This document shows, piece after piece, positions 14,128 to 26,386 of a DNA stretch of 64,000 nucleotides (position 1 is its first letter; every line of letters begins with the position of its first letter). Below the pieces are notes generated by a model. That model saw nothing but the letters and a program-made list of their open reading frames with translations, did no database searches and had not been told where the DNA came from. Source of the stretch: Pecten maximus (Eukaryota); the NCBI RefSeq assembly GCF_902652985.1, contig NC_047017.1:16058001-16122000 (forward strand), written 5' to 3'. A program made the position numbers and the translations under genes.

Positions 14128-15186
14128 TCTTTTTAACATGTTGTACATGTACCTTGGAGACATAGAGTTAGCTTAACTCTTATATGCCATGTACATAAGT
14201 CACACTGATTATTACTTGCATGTATTTATATCAAATATATACGCCAGTTGAATGGAAAACAATATCTATTAAAACAGAGAAGGTATCAATTCCTGTGCAT
14301 ATCTTCGAAGAATACAGTAACATTCTAGTTAAAAATCTTAAAGAATCAAGAGAGACAATAAGTTTATGTTTCGATTGTAATTATCCCCTTTGAAACTCCA
14401 CTAGTTTAGCGCCAGCGATAGACAGAGTTAATTATCGAACGACAAAGCCACAACAAAACGAATTACTAAGTTTGATTTTTAAAACTTATATATTATATCA
14501 CTATGGAATCATGTACTGCAAACAAAAAATAGCATAAAGACGCAAAAGTAAGTGCCATGCCTAAGACGTGTGTTTGCTTACACTTGCCTCGTGATTCATT
14601 TTTCTTTGCGACAGAAGTTAAAGACTTCGTCACGAGACGAGCCATCTGAACTATTCGGCTTTCCTCGTAATAAATCGAGCGTGATCGTGTTTACAAACAA
14701 TAACAATGTTCCGACCCGAAAATATGTACAAAAACGACAAATTTGACGTTATAGGCGCGTGGATCGCTTAATTATGGATATATCTTATTATTCATAGGGC
14801 GAATTCTACAATTACTGAGGTTGAAATGTAAGGTAATAATCCCTTAAGCGTTTAAACCGTTTGGTGTTTCGAGTCCTATGTTTGGGTTGTTTCATACTTC
14901 GTTTTCCAAACTATAGAATAGACAACGTAATATTGGGATCAAATCTGCTTTTCCATTTATCTGTCCTTTTTCTAAGATTTTATTTTAAGGTCTTTTAAGA
15001 ATATTATGGTCATTATGTGTTTTTATTTTACAATAGAAATTGAGTAGGGTAGGAAAAGACAGCTGGCACGCTCTGAGACTCTCCCCACAATCGCGTAACG
15101 TGACCATTTTTATGTAGCGTAACCACGTCCCAAATCGATAACGCTATCGATTGCAACGCATATTTCAAGTACGAAATATAATCAAG

Positions 15187-15942
15187 CATGGGCCTGTTCC
15201 GTGGACAAGGGATACCTCATGCCTCGTGCTGTCAAGACAAACTCTTACATTTGGATTGAGACCTCCTGTCCACAGAACAAGTCCATGGACGATTCTATTA
15301 TTCTTCCATCGTTCACAGATTTGTCTCCTATTTTGTTGTTCTAGATTTTTTGTCACACCTAGGGTGTTGTGTCCTTGCTAACTTCAAGGATATGACAGAT
15401 TAAACGTTCGCGTAACAATACAATGACTTCACCGTGACAAGCAATTACGTCATGTCCACCATTTACTGACGTAACGGTGACAATTCAATCACATCACGTC
15501 AGCATTGTGTTGCATTGCAATAGTATTTATTCAATATTGGAACGAAAAGACGCCATTTTGAAAACTTGACAGAGAAATCTCTATCACACCCTCAAGAAAT
15601 GGGAATATTCTAACAATTTCACACGGGATATTGAAAGACAGCTTATAGGCACTATGACGCTATCTTCATTAGTGTAGCGTCATCTTTTCATGAAGCGTAG
15701 CCATGTCAAAAATGTTAAACGTCATTAAATTCTACGCACATTCCATGGGTAATTAGTGATAACCGGTTAAATAGGTTTGACAACACCTTTGATTTTGTTA
15801 CTTTTGTTTTTGTTTTAAGTTTGCGGGGAAAATAATCAAACATGGATCTGTTCCGTGGACAAGCCTCAGTAAAGCCTCGTGCTGACAAGCCAAACTCGCC
15901 CACTCGTGTTGAAATATACATGTCCCACGGGACAAACCCATG
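15187..15942. repeat. Two related ~100-bp hairpins
   Basis: catgg..tgttccgtggaca ... tgtcc..acaa..ccatg at 15187-15287 and again at 15842-15942. The two share the loop motif gcctcgtgctg.caag.caaactc. Confidence 0.6.
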
Positions 15943-16552
15943 TAAAATTTTCTTAGTCACACATGTAACATGATTCAAATCTAATAAAAAAAGTCATTAA
16001 AATCTAACAGGAAGATTTTAGTAAACAGAAGTCGAAAAATTGTGTAAAATAAAAAGCGTTTTTGATAGAACAGAAATTGTTAAAATGGCTGATTATGCCG
16101 AAATGTTTTCAGCCTATGTATGGCAGTGTATTTGTCCATTGCACGTATTTGAGAAAATATGTTGGTATGTTTAATTGAAACATTCATTAAATAAACGCCG
16201 TCACCTACAATGACTTCTTTAAACTAGATTTTGGCAGACTTTCTTCTCTCTGTAAGACTGTCCTCTCTTTAGAATTCGACAAGCTGACTTTTCTCCAGGT
16301 TCTGACCGGCCGACTTTTGTCTAGATTCTGACTGGCGTACTTCTCGCTAGATTCTTAGAGGCTGACATTATATTTATACTAAGCGTGGAGAAGGGAATAA
16401 AGACAACAAAAATCAAAAATAAGTCTTTGTAAAAAGAGACAATATCCTTTCATGTGTATCAATTTATCTTTATTAGCTTAATTAATTTCTTTTATTTGTT
16501 ATTACTTTTTTTTTCCTTTTTTATTATTTTTTATTTTACAAAATAGACTTAG

Positions 16553-16722
16553 CTGCTGTATTTTGGAAGTAGGCTTTCCAATGGGGACGGATCCTGTCCT
16601 AACCGCCGACATCCCACACGGTGGAGGATACATCCTTACATTGGGGCACCCCAGCATTAAAACAGATTGTTAGAATGGAAGAAACGTTTAGTCTGACCTG
16701 ACACGTGATAGTCGTTTAAATG
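16553..16722 (-). pseudogene. Decayed ARF-like GTPase exon 2 (A-type relic)
   Basis: Minus strand reads [28 protein letters not shown] and aligns to exon 2 at 30744-30920. The switch-II Gln codon is TAG, the donor is mutated to ctaagt, and the 5' half has indels. Confidence 0.88.
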
Positions 16723-17195
16723 TGAAGAGGTATTTGTAATACAATCAATCTAAATAAGTTGACACTGGGGAATTGTTTCGGTACATAGCTAGCAATAAAA
16801 TATTACCAATGCATGACTTTGACAAGAGGCTATAAAAAAGCACTTCACAATCAAGTAGATGAGGTGATCATGAGATACCTTGAATGGACAGTATAGAAAA
16901 TGTAAATGTTTCAAGCATATGGATATTATTTTTAATTTCACAAGCATAAAGTACTATTAGTGTATTAATGGTATTCCCAAAACAGGTGTAAACATCACGT
17001 TTATTATATCATTGATTGGTATAATGTACTCTATTCGTGTCAGGTACCACATAAATTCGGCAGGTGTGGACGTGGAGGGGGAGGGGGGTGCGTGGGATAT
17101 TACAGATGCTGCATGTCATGAACAGTACCAGGTAGCATAAAAAGGACAGTTTCACCGAGCAGAAGCCACACAACATCGGTTGTAGATCAGTCAAG

Positions 17196-20100
17196 ATGAA
17201 CGGTCTTGTCTTCGTTTGTATCTTGCTTGTAGCCGGTAAGTCTTGATTTTTTGCTGATAAAATCACTTATAATGTCGGTCATGATTTTTCACAATGCTCT
17301 ACTGTTATACTGTGATAAATTGAATTATATATGATATATTGCAATTCATTCATTTTCTGTGATGTATTTTGATCATCATATTGTGCCGGGAAACAATTTA
17401 TTTATTTATTCTACGCAATCGAAACGCAATCAGAATGTGTGTGTTGATGTTTCCTCTGTTAAATCATGTAGCTATTTTATTGAGCGTCACACAAACATTT
17501 CATATTTTCATTTATGTCATAAACCAAGAAAACCCGGATTTAGGAAGATTTTATTTGTTTATTTTATTTATTTATTTATTTATTTATTTATGTGTTTATT
17601 TATTTATTTATTTATTCATTTATTTATTTATTCATACATTCATTTATTTATCTATTCATTCTTTTTAATTTCTTTTAGATATTTCACATTTGTATCGGTA
17701 TTTCACACTAACTTTAGATTTCAGTATTATAGTAGGGTAAATCAGAACGAATTGCAAGCAAAATGACTTCATGGTAACATGCTGTGGTTTACACAGTGTG
17801 AGCATTGTTATGAAAAAGGAGAATGTGGACGGCCATGAGTATGACCTTTAAATGGAAGTTTTACCTTAGAAGCTTTACGACAAAATTTATTGTTAAAAAT
17901 AAACTGATTTACTTATCTAAAACAAATGGATATCGTTTCATTATTGACATGTGCTATTAGAAGAGTAAACTAGTTTTATTTGTGTATGCTGAACCCGAAA
18001 TTAAATTAACCTAACCCATTTAACATGTATAACGTCATATAAATCTGTTTGCAAAATCTTTTCAGTAGATTTAAATAGCTTTTTAGCGCGACAACAAACA
18101 TTTTTTGGTGCATATCTTAGCATTGCTGGTGTATATTTTAGCATTGCTGGTGTATATTTTAGCATTGCTGGTGTATATTTTAGCATTGCTGGTGTATATT
18201 TTAGCATTGCTGGTGTATATCTTAGCATTGCTGGTGTATATTTTAGCATTGCTGGTGTATGTTTTAGCATTGCTGGTAAATATCTTGGCCATCTTCGTGT
18301 ATATCCTAGCATTGCTGGTGTATATTTTAGCATTGCTGGTGTATATCTTAACATTGTGGTAAATATCTTGGCCTTCTTCGTGTAAATCTTAGCACATTGC
18401 TGGCGTATATCTTAGCATTGCTGGTGTATATTTTAGCATTGCTGGTGTATATCTTAGCATTGTGGTAAATATCTTAGACTTCTTCGTGTAAATCTTTGCA
18501 CATTGCTGGCGTATATCTTAGCATTGCTGGTGTATATTTTAGCATTGCTGGTGTATATCTTAGCATTGCTGGTGTATATCTTAGCATTGTTGGTATATAG
18601 CTTAGCATTGCTGGTGTATAGCTTAGCATTCCTCGTGTATAACTTGGCATTCCTAGTGTAAATATTTGCATTCCTAAGCAAGAACCAAAATGATATTGTA
18701 TGAATATTTAAACTATTATTGACTGAAATGGATATGAATGCATGAAAAGTATCAAAAAACTGACGCTGGTTAATATGGTCTAAACATGAATATGAGTACA
18801 TATCTAAGTAATCTAAGCACAAAATGACATTAAAATGAATTTATTGCTTCATTGGGCAAACACTACTGATAGTCGAGTAATGTAAAGAGTCATGTAACGT
18901 TATTTGTTATTAATTATATATCATTTCTTTTCTTTCTGCAACTGGAATTTTATATCATGACCCTATGTCGAGTTGCATGATTAATTGATATGATATGATT
19001 TTGACAGACTCTTGGGCGAAAGTGGCGGTACCAGTGCCACGCCATCCTTCGGAGGATCTCATCAAAGGAGCTGAACAGGTAAGTCTACGGCTAAAAACTA
19101 CACTAAAATAGTAAATGATAAAATAGAATAATGTTTTCATATTTACAATATACATTAATAAAATGTTATCTGACATCTTCAGTTATAAAAGACTTCATAA
19201 ACATTTCATCTATAAATATCAAAATCATAATTGCAACATAATTATACTATTAATTCATATATAAATATACTTATATATATATCAGATATATAAGAACGCC
19301 GATGTTGATTGGGTGCCGTAGATCGTGAGTTCGAGGCCCGGTCAGGGCACGAGTCAAAAAGTTGTCTTCCTTCGTCATTTGTGTTTCTAAGCTATATATC
19401 TATTATTAGCACAATGTATCATATACACTATGTGTTGGTGATCCGAAGATATAGATTTGAATTTCCTGTCGTAGTTGTACCGAGAGAAATATATATAAGT
19501 ACAATTCGTATCCATGTATGTAAATACATTGCGATCCAGGTATTCATATCATCTTATAGACGACTTCCACAATAATCATGTCAGGGTATCGGGCCGACCA
19601 TCACTGCGCCATTGAAACGTTCTTTTTTAAGAACGCCGATGTGGCGCAGCGGTATAGGCTGCGGGTATTTCTGGCTAGGCGATTGGGTGCCGTAGATCGT
19701 GAGCTCGAGGCCCGGTCAGGGAACGAGTCAAAAAGTTGTGTTTCTAAGCTATATATCAGATATACTATCATACCTATCACCCAACCATTCTGACTTTATT
19801 CATCGACATACATATCATTCCTTACTTAACACCACTTATATACTGTCATACCGTTTTTTGTGTATTCGTCAGCCAACGACGAAAATTTTAAGATATCAAA
19901 GCTTATTTTGTTTTCAGCTGTATAACAGTAGAATTATCGGAGGAAGTGACGTCACAATCAGCGACAACCCTTGGCAGGTCTCCCTACGATCCATTTTTAC
20001 TGGCCATATTTGTGGAGGGGTCATCCTAAGTTCTACTACTGTTCTGACCGCCGCTCATTGTGTCACTGGAGGGTAATACTGTACTTTGGCTAGACACCTT

Positions 20101-22480
20101 TTCGTATACTGTAAACGTGGGTATTTTCGCGTTGGGTTATTTCGCGATTTCGATATGTAAGCTATACGCGTTGGGGCAATTTTCCCGATCGAGCCACATT
20201 CGCTTGTAGTTCAAGATTACGCAAATTTATATCAATACAATAAGTCTGGGGAATTATCGCGATCAAAAGGACGTAAATAGCATAAATTTACCCCTCGCGT
20301 AAATTTCATCACGTTTACAGTATCATAAATAACGTTTCATATTTAATAGTTATTTACGAAAAAACTATCACCGATATTACCGATATTTACATCTCATAAA
20401 TGCGACAATTTAACCTGTGTCATATTTTTGGTGTGTGATAAAAAATGTTTTTATATTTTAGTTTTTACTCAGTGAGTTACGGCACCGGGCTTACCAGCAG
20501 TGGATCCACCGTGCAAGTCACGAACATCAGGAGTGTCAGTGTTTTTTTTTGTTTTTTGGTTTTTTTTCTCGTGAAATTTGCATACTTTCTATATATATAT
20601 GGGGCAAAGAAGTAATTTAAACAGTGTGGACAATGAGGCTTGTTAAATTTTCGAGGCAATCCGCCCCTTTATCAAAACACTGTTTGAATTACTTCTTTGC
20701 CCCATATAATCATTACAAGTAATTCGTATCCTCCATACATTTATGTGAGGATCCAGTGTTATCTGAATTATACTGTTTATATTACTTCTTTGACCCATAT
20801 ACATATACTTTATAGAAATCCCCATACGAAAAATAAAAACATCATTAAACAGAAGAATATTACAGGAATTTAAATCGAAGTCTTCTATTAAAAACACCTA
20901 GTGTAGAATGTAATGTTTTCCTTCTTTCTTCTAAACTGAAAATACCTCGTTGATTATCATAGGTCAAAGTTTGTTTAAAAAAAACAGAAATAAAAAAAAC
21001 TTGGAGGTACTGGATAACGCATGTATGTCTATTACAATATATTTACTGTTTATAGGTTTTGTTATAATAAGTACCATACCCGGCACTGAAGTTGTTTTGG
21101 AGATAGATAACATAGAATTTGCCTAATGTAAAATGCCATTGTTAAAATGCATGGGTAACTACGGAAGGGGGAGTTGGGGGAGGAGAGAGACATTCAAGTA
21201 ACTCTGTATTTATAAGCATGGCATTAGGTGAGTGCCATATTGACATAGAAAAAAACGTAGCTACAATATTTCGAACCTTTTGTATTATTTTACACTCGCA
21301 ATTCATAATATAACCTTTAGCAATATATTCAAGTAAATTAGAATATGCATTGCATTTTACCTGACAGCATCGAGATTACAACCCAGATTCCACCACATTC
21401 GCTTTTCCGAACGATATTGCAGTACTGACAGTTCAAGAAATGAGTTTAGGCGGTAACGCCCAAGCGATCAGTCTGACTTCTCGAAGTAATGACGAGTTAG
21501 TTTTCGCATCATGTAGGATCACTGGATGGGGAGTCACCGACACAGGTAAGAATATCTCCCGGAAACAAATGATATATGGTGATTGCATAGTGCAGAAAAA
21601 GGGTCAGACAAAACATTACCAAAACTTAGATAATGGCTCTTTCCATAACAACAGAAGTGAGAGTATTATCTGGATACTTGCATTCAAATGGCATTTTATC
21701 AAGTCATTTGATAGATATATAGCTCGATATTCCTTCATGCCAAACTATTGACAAAAGCAACAAATTTCTTGGCAATCAACACTAACAACCTAGTCCATAT
21801 TTATATACTAGTTTTTATCAATATACTTGGTTCAAATAGCTATATATGAACCTCGTCAAAAAGCTATATCTGTATTTTATAACCAAGGATTTTACTTTTA
21901 CCGATCACTTATCTTCAAAATAGGCAGTCCTTCCACAACCCTTAAAGGGGCGAATATGAATGTTTTGACGGACAGCGAATGCATGGAGACCTGGGGAGGA
22001 AATATATGTCCCGAATGTCATATTTGTGTCTATGGGGACGGTGAACGTAGTGCATGCAATGTGAGTAAATAAGATCCTGTAAGGGCTTCAACAAGGAAGC
22101 CGGCATTCATTTTGTGACATGAAGTCAGTAAAAGAAATACCATAAGAGTTAATTGTGTGTCTATCAGTCATTACACCATTTACAGTATATGGACTCCATA
22201 TGTTTCACATCATCAATGGTACCACAATAAGGAATTATTTTTTTTTTTTTTTTTTTTTCAACTGAGTTGTACATTTCTTTCTGAACTGTCTACTTTAGTC
22301 AAGCTTAGTATTCTCTCCATTTTGCTATTACAGGGAGACAGCGGTGGACCTTTGGTTTGCGCAAATGGAAATGAGATGGAACTTGTCGGAGTGACGTCAT
22401 GGGGGGCGACGAACTGTCCAGCGAATTATCCGTCAGTCTATACTGAGGTTAGATCCTACACGAATTTTGTGTTCAATTAG
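17196..22480 (+). CDS. S1A serine protease, chymotrypsin/elastase-like (copy 2, complete, 266 aa prepro-enzyme)
   Basis: Exons 17196-17235 (MNGLVFVCILLVA signal), 19008-19078, 19918-20072, 20462-20534, 21368-21545, 21924-22060, 22334-22480; 801 nt in frame. Intact triad (TAAHC, NDIA, GDSGGP). CATAAAA at 17136; AATAAA 22543-22548. Confidence 0.93.
17549..17660. repeat. (ATTT)n microsatellite
   Basis: Imperfect tttatttattta run in intron 1 of protease 2. Confidence 0.85.
18107..18675. repeat. 21-bp minisatellite with a higher-order variant unit
   Basis: tagcattgctggtgtatat(t/c)t repeated more than 20 times. The variant aaatatcttggcc.tcttcgtgta recurs three times. This repeat produces the spurious MLKYTPA/NAKIYTS ORFs. 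Confidence 0.93.
19291..19397 (+). mobile_element. tRNA-derived SINE-like copy with the A box deleted
   Basis: Same sequence as 19629-19756 but lacking ggcgcagcgg...ctaggc. B box gagttcgaggcc at 19328-19339. Confidence 0.6.
19629..19756 (+). mobile_element. tRNA-derived SINE-like element
   Basis: A box tggcgcagcgg and B box gagctcgaggcc with tRNA-like spacing. No clean acceptor stem. A second copy lies about 340 bp upstream. Confidence 0.62.
20107..20322. mobile_element. Tc1/mariner-pogo type MITE
   Basis: TA-ctgtaaacgtg ... cacgtttacag-TA termini; ~212 bp; internal ttcgcg repeats. Confidence 0.72.
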
Positions 22481-24079
22481 GATTCAAGCACAATGGCAAT
22501 GTTGATCAGCTTCTTTTCAAAGATGTAATTTGACTAAAAGCCAATAAAATTCATGCAAACTCAACAAACTCAACTCGACTGTTTTTAATAACTATGGTAT
22601 AGAAATGTGTATAGAATACATATGGTTCCTTTAACGCTGTGACATGTTTGGTGCAGGATCGTACACAAAATCGACAATGAACATTTTGTCTATCAGAATA
22701 TCTTTCTTTTAGTCCAGTCAATTTATTCAAAATATAGCCCAAAGCCGTACAAAATTGCAACTGGTTTTATTTATTGATCTTTTGGAAAATGTCTTTTTGG
22801 TTTTCTTAGAACATCAATGAGAAAAATCGTGTACTTAACTTTCTTTGTTTGAAGTGCAATAAGTATCTTTTTTGTCAAAATGGATATGGAAAATTTCCAA
22901 AATATTAAGACAAGATAAAATACAGTACAAAATTGCGAAAGGTTTTCATTGGGTAAATATCAATATGGCTTTCAATCGTTTTAAACTATCGATAATGGCA
23001 TTTGTTTTCTTTTTGGATGTAGAAAATATCATTAACTTTTCTAAATAGCAAAACCAGTTTCTGTTTATTTATTTATTTATTTATTTACTTATTTATTTAT
23101 TTATTTATTTATGTATTTTTGTGGTATATGACCGATGTTACGTTAATACAAATAAAAATATCAAGCATTCAATTTTGGTAATTAAGCTGATCTGGTGATA
23201 TATGTAGTTGTTGTCAATATTAAATGATATAACTATTTCTGCAAACTGTAATTTAAAAAGGGACAAGCATATCCTTAAGAGATTTTTATATACATTTATT
23301 TAAATGCAGCGCTTATTTTAAAGTAAAAAGTCCATGATTCTGAATAACAAAAATCTTTATTTCTGGAACCAGCTTAATCCGATTACATGAAAATCATCAT
23401 AAAATATTTTCCTGGATTAAGTTTAAAGTTTCCATAAATAATACAAAATAGCACTGTTCTCCACTGTCGGAGAAATTTTGCTTTCAGTAACGTAACAATT
23501 GACGTGTGAGATCTTGTTCCTTATCATTGTTGATATACCGAACAGTGTCCTCTCAGGCTCAATCGTTGTTCTCTGTCGTATACACCAAACATCAGATCTC
23601 TGAAGCGAAAATTACAACAGAAAGGAAAGAGTTATTTGCACATGAATACACCATGAAAAAATAATATCCTGTAGTTTCAGACATATTTCTCCGTCCATAA
23701 AATTGAATCGCTTTCTTTCGTGACATATTACAGCTATTGAAAAAGGCTGCATTCACCTAAATCAACTTGAATGTTAAATGCCCGAATTATATACGAATCA
23801 TAATGACAAGCATTACAACCTAAGACTGATATTGCTGGCAGGAATGCAACAAAGAAAATCTCAAAACGCTTCATTTCCGGTACAATATCGTTTTGTTTCA
23901 CCTTATGCAGGATCCTCGTTTGACATGTGAAGAGATATCTAAGTATTTGTAAAACATCATCGCCCAGTAGTATGTTTTGGTTTGATATACATAAATAACA
24001 AATATACAATAGAAATGTCGAAACTTATAATATGAATACCAATTATGAAATATAAAATAACAATAATATAAGAGAAAAG

Positions 24080-24830
24080 ACAAATTATACAATACAAATA
24101 ACAAGAAAACAATAGGAATGTCAAATAATACAATACAAATAACAAGAAAACAATAGGAATGTCAAATAATACAATACAAATAACAAGAAAACAATAGGAA
24201 TGTCAAATAATACAATACAAATAACAAGAAAACAATAGGAATGTCAAATAATACAATACAAATAACAAGAAAACAATAGGAATGTCAAATAATACAATAC
24301 AAATAACAAGAAAACAATAGGAATGTCAAATAATACAATACAAATAACAAGAAAACAATAGGAATGTCAAATAATACAATACAAATAACAAGAAAAAAAT
24401 AGGAATGTCAAATAATACAATACAAATAACAAGAAAACAATAGGAATGACAAATTATAAAATACAAATAACAAGAAAACAATAGGAATGTCAAATAATAC
24501 AATACAAATAACAAGAAAACAATCAGAATGTCAAATAATACAATACAAATAACAAGAAAACAATAGGAATGTCAAATAATACAATACAAATAACAAGAAA
24601 ACAATAGGAATGTCAAATTATACAATACAAATAACAAGAAAACAAAAGGAATGTCAAATAATACAATACAAATAACAAGAAAACAATAGGAATGTCAAAT
24701 AATACAATACAAATAACAAGAAAACAATAGGAGTTACAAATTATACAATACAAATAACAAGAAAACAATAGGATTGACAATTTATTCAATAGAATTAACA
24801 AGAAAACATTAGGAATTATAAATCATACAA
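24080..24830. repeat. 41-bp minisatellite
   Basis: About 18 copies of aatacaatacaaataacaagaaaacaataggaatgtcaaat. Confidence 0.95.
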
Positions 24831-25207
24831 TGCAAAATTGTTATTATTTACAAAATTTGATTGACTGAAATAAGACCACATGACTCTCAGTAAAACCATA
24901 AAAACAATATCGACCTTTCTTGGGAGAAAGAAAACTAACTAAACAAGAAATATCTTTAAAAAAGATAAACGCCATAGTTTAAATGCTGGTGTTTATAAAT
25001 ATAAACTGCTGGTGAAATAAATGAACGAACTAATGTGTTTCAGCACAGATATCAGTTTGAATCATTTTGGTGATAATACCATGCGCTTAGCCAAGTTATT
25101 TTGTATGTGTTTGCAGAGAAATGAAATGAGTGGTGAATGAGTACGGTATTATGATATACAGTTAAGTGTTTGGACAATTTAAGTCCGTCATTTAACGATG
25201 TCGTTAA

Positions 25208-26386
25208 CTAGAACTCGGAAAACTCGAGTACCCCGCTTAACTCGAAGTACTTCGTCAGTCCCGGTCGAATTCTCTCTTTATCTTAGTAAAGAAAACTAGG
25301 AAAACTCGAACTCGGAAAACTCGAAAAACTCGGATAATACGAAGTGAAAATTTGGTCCCAACAAGAAAAATCCTACTTGAAATGATCGAATAACTCGAAG
25401 TATAATTCTTGTGTCCAACAACGATCGGTGGTAAACGCTGACATTTTTTAACAGCGAAATTCCGTTTGTAATATACTGAAGATATCGGCACTACAAAGCG
25501 TTTCATAAATTCATTAAAGAAATTGTCGGTGGAATCTTATAACAACAACTCTTGGTGATAAAAAGTACTGCTTTACTTACATGAGGTAATTTCTTAAGGC
25601 GGTCGCCGATAATAGTACACACGATAGTCAACAACTCATCTACCCGCTCGCTCAAGCGGAACTAATCTCTGACACACCGGTACTCAGCTGATGTTTTTAC
25701 AGGCGTGGAAATGAAACAGTCACCTGTGCCTATTAAATCTTTAAACAGCTGAAACAATAGCGTAATTACTGCCGAGGTGTTCAGAGTACGACTGTAACGG
25801 TCAGCGCTGTCTATTAAATCGGATACCACGTCAACTCAGCAACAGTAACATTTTATACGCACATGCGCAGCCCAACTTCCTGTGCTAATACACATGGAAA
25901 TGGCGTGGTTTTCGGTAAAACGTAAGTAGGCCTATCAAACAGTATTTTATATGTCCAATATAAGGTAATGGTTCTGTTACGTTTTACATATAATTTGTGT
26001 TAAATTTAAACGGTTATTTGATTTGACATGAATAAATTGTTATTCTGTTGAATTCCGTTTTATCGGTATGCCTTTTGCAAACATGACATGTACATCAGAT
26101 CGTTATTGAAGTGACTAAGCGAAAGAAAGTTTATCGTGACTGTATATCGGCAAAACTACACCAAACTACGAGTGACAGAGCGAAACATTACATGTACATT
26201 ATATGTATTGACCAGTCTTTAAACTGAACAGATGAGTGACAGAGCGGAGTTATAATGATTATATAATGTTGACAAATATTGACCAAACTTTTCACCAAAA
26301 ATGATAACTCGCTTAATTCGAACACTCGGATAACGCGAAGTTTTCTCGTGGTCCCGTCGACTTCGAGTTAACGACGTTCCACTGTA
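25208..26386. mobile_element. Non-autonomous Tc1/pogo-like element (degraded left end)
   Basis: Right end ttcgagttaacgacgttccactg-TA. Left end tagaactcggaaaactcga with repeated aactcg(g/a)a subterminal motifs, which also occur near the right end. Confidence 0.5.

Noticed and set aside
18001-18822. Repetitive ORFs (MLKYTPA)n, (NAKIYTS)n, (ILALLVY)n
   Set aside because: Translations of a 21-bp intronic minisatellite that is open in several frames; no splice or start context.
19636-19715. Possible tRNA gene
   Set aside because: A and B boxes are present, but there is no convincing cloverleaf, and a deleted twin shares the 3' tail. A SINE explains it better.
23898-24830. Hydrophobic repeat ORFs and a CRISPR-like periodic array
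   Set aside because: 41-bp head-to-tail minisatellite without unique spacers, no cas genes, and a eukaryotic context. The same applies to 2638-3115, 35608-35925 and 41036-41650.
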